50,741 bases of DNA from a virus (Duplodnaviria; Caudoviricetes): positions 1-50,741 of the IMG/VR virus record IMGVR_UViG_3300025141_000149, one strand, 5' to 3'. The notes beneath the pieces are model-generated. The model did no database searches and was not told the origin of the DNA. It saw only the letters and a list, made by a program, of their open reading frames with translations. A program made the position numbers and the translations under genes. Positions 44,499-50,741 of this stretch are shown piece after piece; positions within the stretch are counted from its first letter, which is position 1, and every line of letters begins with the position of its first letter.

Positions 44499-46004
44499 AT
44501 GGCAACTGGAACATTAACAGGACAAACAATAGCAAATACTTATAAAAGCTTGCTTAGGGTAGGAACAGGAAGTACAGCAGATAATACTTTATTAGATGCT
44601 GATTTACAAATTATAGAGGATGGAGATGGCACTAATAGTTGTTTGCAGCTATCTACAGATGCCTTTTTAATTAAAAATGCAACAGGAACAGATGTTGCTA
44701 GTACATTTGAAGTACAAGATAAAGATGGTACTGTTTGCTTATCTGTAAATGGTACAAATAATAGGGTCGGTATTGGGACTACTGCACCGTTAGATAACTT
44801 TCATGTTGCTGGAGATGATGATACTGATGCAGCTCTAATTGTAACATCATATGATACTGATAGTCCTGGCAATCCACCATCATTAAGATTATTTCGTGCA
44901 AGGGGGACTCAAGCATCTCCATCAATAGTTGGAGATAACGATGTACTTGGGTCTATATGGTTTGGTGGATTTATAGGAAGTAATGGTGATTACTATACAA
45001 ATTATGATATTGGTGCTGGTATTCTTGCAAGAGTAGATGGTGACCCCTCTAATGCAGATGACGATTTACCAACAGAACTTGCATTTTATACTAATGATGA
45101 TGGTGCAACAGATCATGGTCAAAGAATGGTAATTGATCCAGGTGGGAATGTCGGCATTGGGACTACTGACCCAGCTGTCCCATTTCATGTAAGTTCTGCA
45201 TCTGATAATGGTAGTGAGATATTGGCTAAATTTTCAGAAGCCACTCCTCATGGCAGGGTAGATATCGGACTTGCAAGTGGGGATGCTTATTTAACCGCTT
45301 ATTCAACAGGGGGTGGTGTAATGGCACAAATACATTCAGATGGTGATTCATATTTTAACGGTGGCAATGTCGGTATTGGAGAATCTGTTCCAGATGCTCT
45401 TTTACATCTAAAGTCTGCTGCTCCATGGATAGATATAGAAGATACTGGATATTCAGATGAGCGTGTTAAAATTGGAACAGATGCTAATAATATGTATTTG
45501 ATGTGTACTGACGCTGCTGGAGCTTTTTATTTTAAAAATGATATTGCTGTAACCTCCAATCCAGCCTCTGCTGCTACTTATCTTATGGCAATACTAGGCA
45601 ATGGCAAAGTCGGTATTGGGACTCATACCCCAAATGCAGATTTACATGTAGATGGAGAGTTTATTTTAGGTACAGACGGTGCTCCAGATTCAGTTCCTAT
45701 AGTTAGTGGTGCGTGTACAACTACTAAGGCTTATAACGAAATAATAGCTGAAGGTGATGCTGCTGATAATTTAGATACAATAAGTGGTGGTGTTAGGGGG
45801 CAAATAATAATGATCTCACCAGAGAATGGCTCTGAGAACATAACAATAAGAGATAATGCTACAGGAGGTGGTAATATTGATACAGGGGTAGGTAATCCTA
45901 GTATTGTTATGGGTGATAGGGGTGATATTACTGTTCTTCTATTTGGTCACAATAGCAGATGGAAAGTTATAGCTTCACACGGAACTGGCTGGGATGGAAT
46001 GTAA
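44499..46004 (+). CDS. Tail fibre protein
   Basis: Four (N/R/K)VGIG(T/E)..P...(F/L)H(V/L) repeats; GGGAG RBS. Confidence 0.8.
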   Translation: MATGTLTGQTIANTYKSLLRVGTGSTADNTLLDADLQIIEDGDGTNSCLQLSTDAFLIKNATGTDVASTFEVQDKDGTVCLSVNGTNNRVGIGTTAPLDNFHVAGDDDTDAALIVTSYDTDSPGNPPSLRLFRARGTQASPSIVGDNDVLGSIWFGGFIGSNGDYYTNYDIGAGILARVDGDPSNADDDLPTELAFYTNDDGATDHGQRMVIDPGGNVGIGTTDPAVPFHVSSASDNGSEILAKFSEATPHGRVDIGLASGDAYLTAYSTGGGVMAQIHSDGDSYFNGGNVGIGESVPDALLHLKSAAPWIDIEDTGYSDERVKIGTDANNMYLMCTDAAGAFYFKNDIAVTSNPASAATYLMAILGNGKVGIGTHTPNADLHVDGEFILGTDGAPDSVPIVSGACTTTKAYNEIIAEGDAADNLDTISGGVRGQIIMISPENGSENITIRDNATGGGNIDTGVGNPSIVMGDRGDITVLLFGHNSRWKVIASHGTGWDGM

Positions 46005-46031
46005 TATCTAAATAAAACAATGGAGTAAAAA

Positions 46032-46304
46032 ATGAATAACAATCAAAAATATTATAGGGCAGAGGATGTAAAAATTATAAAGTGGCTTAAAGAGCCAGAT
46101 GGTAGTCATTTTATAGTGGCTTCATGTCCTGATGGATTTAAGGGGGAAATTCCACAAAAAGTATTGGCAGATTTGCCCGATGACCCTGTACTTGCTGACG
46201 TAGAAGCAATAGCACAAACATGGATACAAACAATTCTGTCAGCAAGTTGGAAGCCAGACGGTTGGGCTGAAAAACATAAAAAAATAGATATGTTAAATCA
46301 ATAA
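46032..46304 (+). CDS. Hypothetical protein, possible fibre chaperone
   Basis: GGAG RBS, follows the fibre gene. Confidence 0.6.
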   Translation: MNNNQKYYRAEDVKIIKWLKEPDGSHFIVASCPDGFKGEIPQKVLADLPDDPVLADVEAIAQTWIQTILSASWKPDGWAEKHKKIDMLNQ

Positions 46305-46324
46305 CAACTAAGGAGACTCAGATA

Positions 46325-46591
46325 ATGAGTAAGAACAAGACAGAAGTAAAGGAGACAGTAGTAACAGAATCTCAGGGAAAGTCAGTAGAGGAGCTGAAAG
46401 AAATAGCTCAGACTCTACAGACCCAGCTTAACGAGCATCAAAGACAAGCAAATCATCATCAGACGATGGCAACTAAGGCTCAAGGAGCTTTAGAAGTAAT
46501 GCTTCAGTTGATTCCGAAACAGGAAGTTGAAGAGATGATAGAGGAAGAAGCGAAGGCTAATGGAGAAGCAGAAAACCAAGAAGAAAACTAA
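46325..46591 (+). CDS. Coiled-coil protein
   Basis: AAGGAG RBS; KAQGALEV motif. Confidence 0.7.
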   Translation: MSKNKTEVKETVVTESQGKSVEELKEIAQTLQTQLNEHQRQANHHQTMATKAQGALEVMLQLIPKQEVEEMIEEEAKANGEAENQEEN

Positions 46592-46647
46592 ATAACACAT
46601 TCACGCTCTGCCAAGAGCTTAAAGTGTAACTCATAAGGAGAAATAAA

Positions 46648-47007
46648 ATGGCAACAAAACCAATTAATAGATATACTGTACAAGAAGCATCCAACCTTTT
46701 AGTATATGAAGAATATAAATCTGAGCAAGTAACTCTTGAAACAGCATATGGAACTACTGGTGACAAGGGAGAAAGTGCTGATTGGTCAAGTAATCCAGCT
46801 AAAGAGGTTATGCTGATTCCTTATAGCACTAATGATGCTACTGACCAAATTAAGGTTAAATTAAAAGTTAAGGGGTCATATGGAGATGAAATAATACTGC
46901 TTTATAATGATTTTCCACTAACTATAAGCAATTTATTGATAGATCAAGTTACTATGAAAAGTGATGAAGGTACTGACGAACTCTTTACAATAATATCTTT
47001 TCATTAA
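46648..47007 (+). CDS. Virion-region protein
   Basis: AAGGAG RBS; YTVQEASN N-terminus. Confidence 0.7.
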   Translation: MATKPINRYTVQEASNLLVYEEYKSEQVTLETAYGTTGDKGESADWSSNPAKEVMLIPYSTNDATDQIKVKLKVKGSYGDEIILLYNDFPLTISNLLIDQVTMKSDEGTDELFTIISFH

Positions 47008-47009
47008 TC

Positions 47010-47933
47010 ATGGGAAGCATTAGCAAGAGAAAGATACCTATAAGCAATAAAGACTTAAAAAAGGCTGTTGTTAATGCTAATAAGAAGCTTGAATCTAAAA
47101 ATAAATCTCTTGAAAAATCTATCAAGGATCAAAAAGGACAGTTAAAATCTTTAGATAAAGAGTATAGCTCCAAAGCTAATAAGCTTAGAAAACTTCTTAT
47201 AGATGTTGAATTTAGCGAGGAAAGATTTCAAAAGCTCCAAGGCGGGGTTCACTCTACTGATAAACTTTTAAAGACTAAGCTTGATGCTGTTTCTTCTGCT
47301 GAGAAAGATTTTAAGAAGTATGAGAAAAAGGCATTAAAAGAAGAAGAGAGAGAGCGTAAGCTTAGGGATGAGATTGCACGGCTTGAGTTTTATAAGAAAA
47401 AACTTGAGTCTTCTAAAGTTGAGCTTGCTGGCATTCAGGTTAAAAAAGACAATGCCCTAAAAGATGTTTCCCTAGTTAAAAGCGAGATAAGCAAGATTAA
47501 GGCTGATGGTGAGAACATGGTGGCTAACTATAATCAAGCCTATAATGAATATGAAGTGGAAATAGAGAAGCGTCAAGAGTTTGCAAAGACATTAGAAAAT
47601 ACATTGTCAGACACAAAAGATGAGATAGTTGAAGAAAGAGGAAGACTTGACAGTGTTCGTGTTGTGATAGAAGAGGAGAAAAATATAGCAGATAATGAGC
47701 TTCAGGCAATTAAAAATCTTACAAATGATACGGAAGACAAGTATATTGGATGGGAGCAGAAAATAGCAAAGATAACAGAGAGAGCTGACAAGGAAGAAGA
47801 TCGTATTAAAAAAGCAAAAGAAAGATATGAAAAGTGGCGTATTGGAGTATTAGAAGAAGTTGCTCGTATGAAGCTTAAAAAGAAAGTTGATAATATAGAT
47901 AAAGCAGGTTTATCAGAGATATTAAATGGCTAG
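47010..47933 (+). CDS. Long coiled-coil protein
   Basis: K/E-rich heptads over 307 aa. Confidence 0.75.
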   Translation: MGSISKRKIPISNKDLKKAVVNANKKLESKNKSLEKSIKDQKGQLKSLDKEYSSKANKLRKLLIDVEFSEERFQKLQGGVHSTDKLLKTKLDAVSSAEKDFKKYEKKALKEEERERKLRDEIARLEFYKKKLESSKVELAGIQVKKDNALKDVSLVKSEISKIKADGENMVANYNQAYNEYEVEIEKRQEFAKTLENTLSDTKDEIVEERGRLDSVRVVIEEEKNIADNELQAIKNLTNDTEDKYIGWEQKIAKITERADKEEDRIKKAKERYEKWRIGVLEEVARMKLKKKVDNIDKAGLSEILNG

Positions 47934-49587
47934 TTCTGGCACAAGTGCTGTAAGAATAATCGATAGTGACAATGAAGTTGTCCAAGTTACTAGCAATGCT
48001 TTAGATGTTAATATAGCTGGTGGTGCTACAATTGATATTGGTGATGTTGATATGTTTCTTGATGGTGGCACTGCTGTTTTAGGGGGTGCTGGTGCTGTAG
48101 CAGCTGGTGTTCTTCGTGTTACTTTAGCTAGTGATGATACTCATTTTGGGGAAGTTGGATCAGCTTCTGATCCAAATGGTAATATACATGGGCAGTTAAG
48201 ATATATAGCAGAAGCCCATACCCATCCTGGTACTCAGTGGACAACACAAGAAGGTGTTCTGGCTGGTGCAGTACGAAATGATACACTTGAAGCATTATTT
48301 GCAGTTGCTGATGGGGATATAACCCATATACAGGTAAATGCAAAAGGTGGTTTATATGTAACTGGTAGCGAAGTAGAAAATGCAGCAGTTCAAAGTGAAC
48401 CTTTGCTTATTGGTGGTAGATATGATTCTTCAGCTAGAACCCTTGGAGATGGAGATGCAGGAGCTGTAGCCTTAAATGCTTCAGGGCATGTAATTATGGA
48501 TGTTGTTGATGGCGGTCAATTAGATACTATAATAGATACACTAGAAACTACATTAACAGCTATTGAAACAGACCAAGCAGCTATTGAAGCTTTACTTATT
48601 ACAATTGATTCGGATACAGATGCAATTAAAACAGCAGTGCAGATTCTTGATGACTGGGATGATAGCAACTATGCAAATGTAAATCTTAATCTTGCTGGTT
48701 CAGATGCTCCTACAGGTGGTGGTGCAGAATCTGGAGCTTTAAGGGTTACTCTTGCTAATGATTCAACTGGAGTTATTAGCATTGATGATGGGGGTAATAC
48801 GATAACTGTTGATGGTACTGTGTCAGTTAATTCTCATGCAGTAACTAATGCTGGTACTTTTGCAGTACAGGTAGATGGCGATGCATTGACATCGTTACAA
48901 TTGCTTGATGATGCTATTTATGTTGATGATGCAGATTGGACTGATAATACTAGTAAGCATGTACTCGTAGGAGGTGTAAATACTTCTAATGTTGTTACAA
49001 GTGGAGATGTTGGCCCATTAAGGCTAAATTCTGTTGGTTCACTTATTATTGATGTTGAAAATGGCGGAACTCTTGAAGGACAAGTTGATCAGATTGAGAC
49101 GTATTTATCTGAGATTGAAGGAGCTACAGAAACTATTGAGGCTGCTATTAGATATGAAGATTCGGGACACACAGGTGGTACGCTAGGCATACATACGCTT
49201 ACTGTTAGAAATGATGTCCTTGGGGATACAGTAACAGATATTAACAATGATTATGCATCATTTAAATCGGATACCAAAGGAGCACTATATACCACTCATG
49301 GTATGACTGGTCTTGCAAGTGACGATAATGATACAGTGGGCACATCTGCTGAAAAGATTTCTGGGGCAGATGGGGATGTTGCTTGTAAGCGTGTTGATAT
49401 AATGGCACATCCAAGCAATACTGGATATATATGGATAGGAGATAGTGCTGTAACAACTAATGGAAGTAATGGTGGCATAAGGCTTGCACCTGGGGATTTT
49501 TATAGTATGGATATAGATAATACAGGCGATGTTTATGCTGTAGCAACTGTTGATGGTGAAAATGTTTGTTTTAATTATTTTACATAA
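47926..49587 (+). CDS. Acidic repeat-containing fibre/spike-like protein
   Basis: Repeated LRVTLA(S/N)D, VRND and GxL(Y/I) units; C-terminal beta domain. Confidence 0.7.
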   Translation: MASSGTSAVRIIDSDNEVVQVTSNALDVNIAGGATIDIGDVDMFLDGGTAVLGGAGAVAAGVLRVTLASDDTHFGEVGSASDPNGNIHGQLRYIAEAHTHPGTQWTTQEGVLAGAVRNDTLEALFAVADGDITHIQVNAKGGLYVTGSEVENAAVQSEPLLIGGRYDSSARTLGDGDAGAVALNASGHVIMDVVDGGQLDTIIDTLETTLTAIETDQAAIEALLITIDSDTDAIKTAVQILDDWDDSNYANVNLNLAGSDAPTGGGAESGALRVTLANDSTGVISIDDGGNTITVDGTVSVNSHAVTNAGTFAVQVDGDALTSLQLLDDAIYVDDADWTDNTSKHVLVGGVNTSNVVTSGDVGPLRLNSVGSLIIDVENGGTLEGQVDQIETYLSEIEGATETIEAAIRYEDSGHTGGTLGIHTLTVRNDVLGDTVTDINNDYASFKSDTKGALYTTHGMTGLASDDNDTVGTSAEKISGADGDVACKRVDIMAHPSNTGYIWIGDSAVTTNGSNGGIRLAPGDFYSMDIDNTGDVYAVATVDGENVCFNYFT

Positions 49588-50081
49588 TGCCTAATACACT
49601 TACAAAAGCACGCCCAGAAGAGTCAAGATATTATTACTCCTTTGTTAGTGCCAACTTTTACAATTCTGGTGCTACAGCAGCTGTTATGCTTCCATTAAAC
49701 GGATATATTCTCGAACAAGCGTCTCCAGGAACAAGCGGTACTGAATTTTATGGACTTATAGCTCCACATGATGGAATACTTGTAAATGTGAAAATGCGTA
49801 GTGAGCAACAACTTCGAGATTCTGTTATATTTGAACTTATGACATCGGGAGATGGTACAGAACTTCCAACTACTGTTACTGGAACTTTAACACGAATATG
49901 GAGTGGTCTTAGTAGGCTTAATGCAAATACATATGATACTGCTGATTTTACTGGCAGTTTAGATAGTGGTACAAATACAGTAACTAAAGGAAATATTATT
50001 GCTATTCGTATGACTATGGGGGGAAGTGCTGTAAATGATTGTCTTATAATGACCACATGGAGATATGATGTTACAACATAA
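49587..50081 (+). CDS. Beta-rich virion-region protein
   Basis: IAPHDGILV; KGNIIAI; TAATG coupling. Confidence 0.65.
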   Translation: MPNTLTKARPEESRYYYSFVSANFYNSGATAAVMLPLNGYILEQASPGTSGTEFYGLIAPHDGILVNVKMRSEQQLRDSVIFELMTSGDGTELPTTVTGTLTRIWSGLSRLNANTYDTADFTGSLDSGTNTVTKGNIIAIRMTMGGSAVNDCLIMTTWRYDVTT

Positions 50082-50092
50082 TATAGAAATAT

Positions 50093-50741
50093 ATGAGTAA
50101 AAGTGTAGTAAGACGAGCAATAGTAACACCTGACAAACATTTCCCATTAGCGGATAAAAAAGCAATTAGTGTTTTATGTCAGGCAATTGAAATAGTAAAA
50201 CCAGATATATATGTAGATTTAGGTGATGTGGGAGAATGGGAGGGTTCTTCCCACTGGCAATGGAGAAAGAAGAAACGTCCACCGCTAGAATACCAAACTC
50301 CTTTTATAGACCAAGATATAAAGGATGTTAACAAGGGGATGGACATAATAGACGAAGCTCTCGATAAAGTAAACTGTAATGAGAAGCATATGATCGAGGG
50401 CAATCATGATGATTGGATGAACAGGTTTGTAGATGAACATCCATATTTGAAAGGATATAGGTTTGAAGAATGTGTAAAGCTAAAAGAAAGAGGTTATACG
50501 TATCATCCAGCGGGTCAGTACATGAAGCTTGGGAAGTTGGCTCTGTATCATGGTCATCACTTTGCTGGGATAAACCATACGAGGAATCATTTACTGAGGC
50601 TTGGAACAAACATAATGTATGGTCATCATCACGACATACAACAGTCATCTGTTACCCACTTGGATGGGGTGAAGTCAGCGTGGAGTATAGGATGTCTAAA
50701 GGACATGAAGGCAGATAAGAATGAATTTTTACAACACAGGA
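50093..50741 (+). CDS. Calcineurin-like metallophosphoesterase (open at window end, not in ORF track)
   Basis: MSKSVVRRAIVTPDKHFP; DxH, LGD, EGNHD, YHGH and GHHH motifs. Confidence 0.9.
   Translation, partial: MSKSVVRRAIVTPDKHFPLADKKAISVLCQAIEIVKPDIYVDLGDVGEWEGSSHWQWRKKKRPPLEYQTPFIDQDIKDVNKGMDIIDEALDKVNCNEKHMIEGNHDDWMNRFVDEHPYLKGYRFEECVKLKERGYTYHPAGQYMKLGKLALYHGHHFAGINHTRNHLLRLGTNIMYGHHHDIQQSSVTHLDGVKSAWSIGCLKDMKADKNEFLQHR
50556..50741. repeat. Right copy of imperfect terminal direct repeat
   Basis: About 91% identical to 1-186. Confidence 0.95.

Larger units (their letters stand above)
1..50741. mobile_element. Near-complete tailed phage genome (podovirus-like, P22-type portal), circularly permuted, unit about 50,555 bp
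   Basis: Terminase, portal, scaffold, capsid, tail, ejection, lysis and recombination/replication genes in two opposed arms; 186-bp end overlap; no host housekeeping genes; no tape measure or sheath. Confidence 0.95.

Noticed and set aside
47010-47933. SMC ATPase or tape-measure protein
   Set aside because: No Walker motifs, short, and no long-tail genes; generic coiled coil
435-50718. Many short antisense or alternate-frame ORFs in the track (e.g. 9295-9603, 17297-17755, 24110-24607, 38818-39174, 50470-50718)
   Set aside because: Shadow ORFs overlapping well-supported genes, without RBS or motifs

Overview
The window is an apparently complete, circularly permuted dsDNA bacteriophage genome with podovirus-like organisation. 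The unit length is about 50,555 bp: bases 1-186 and 50556-50741 are ~91% identical copies lying inside one metallophosphoesterase gene. A + strand late arm (32395-50741, continuing 1-15442) carries terS, an M15 endolysin, terL, a P22-like portal, scaffold, major capsid, adaptor and fibre genes, tail tubular protein, an S74 fibre and four probable ejection proteins. A - strand arm (31177-15439) carries many small early genes, ParB-N, RHH, a Cas4-like exonuclease, Sak, SSB, an orphan amino-methyltransferase, DnaB and a RuvC-like resolvase. I found no DNA polymerase, primase, RNA polymerase, stand-alone integrase, tRNA or CRISPR array. Three signals stand out. (1) A tyrosine-recombinase module (core-binding plus catalytic R..R..H..Y) is embedded in the 2153-aa probable ejection protein. 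(2) A ~1.5-kb island between the two arms, bounded by terminators, is almost free of CAG/CTG, apparently through synonymous codon choice, and contains a weak cer/dif-like site. (3) The 725-aa ejection protein holds a circularly permuted lytic transglycosylase domain. Early-gene cassettes are also bounded by duplicated RBS/start sequences and structured intergenic RNA. All family calls come from motifs read by eye; no database searches were run.
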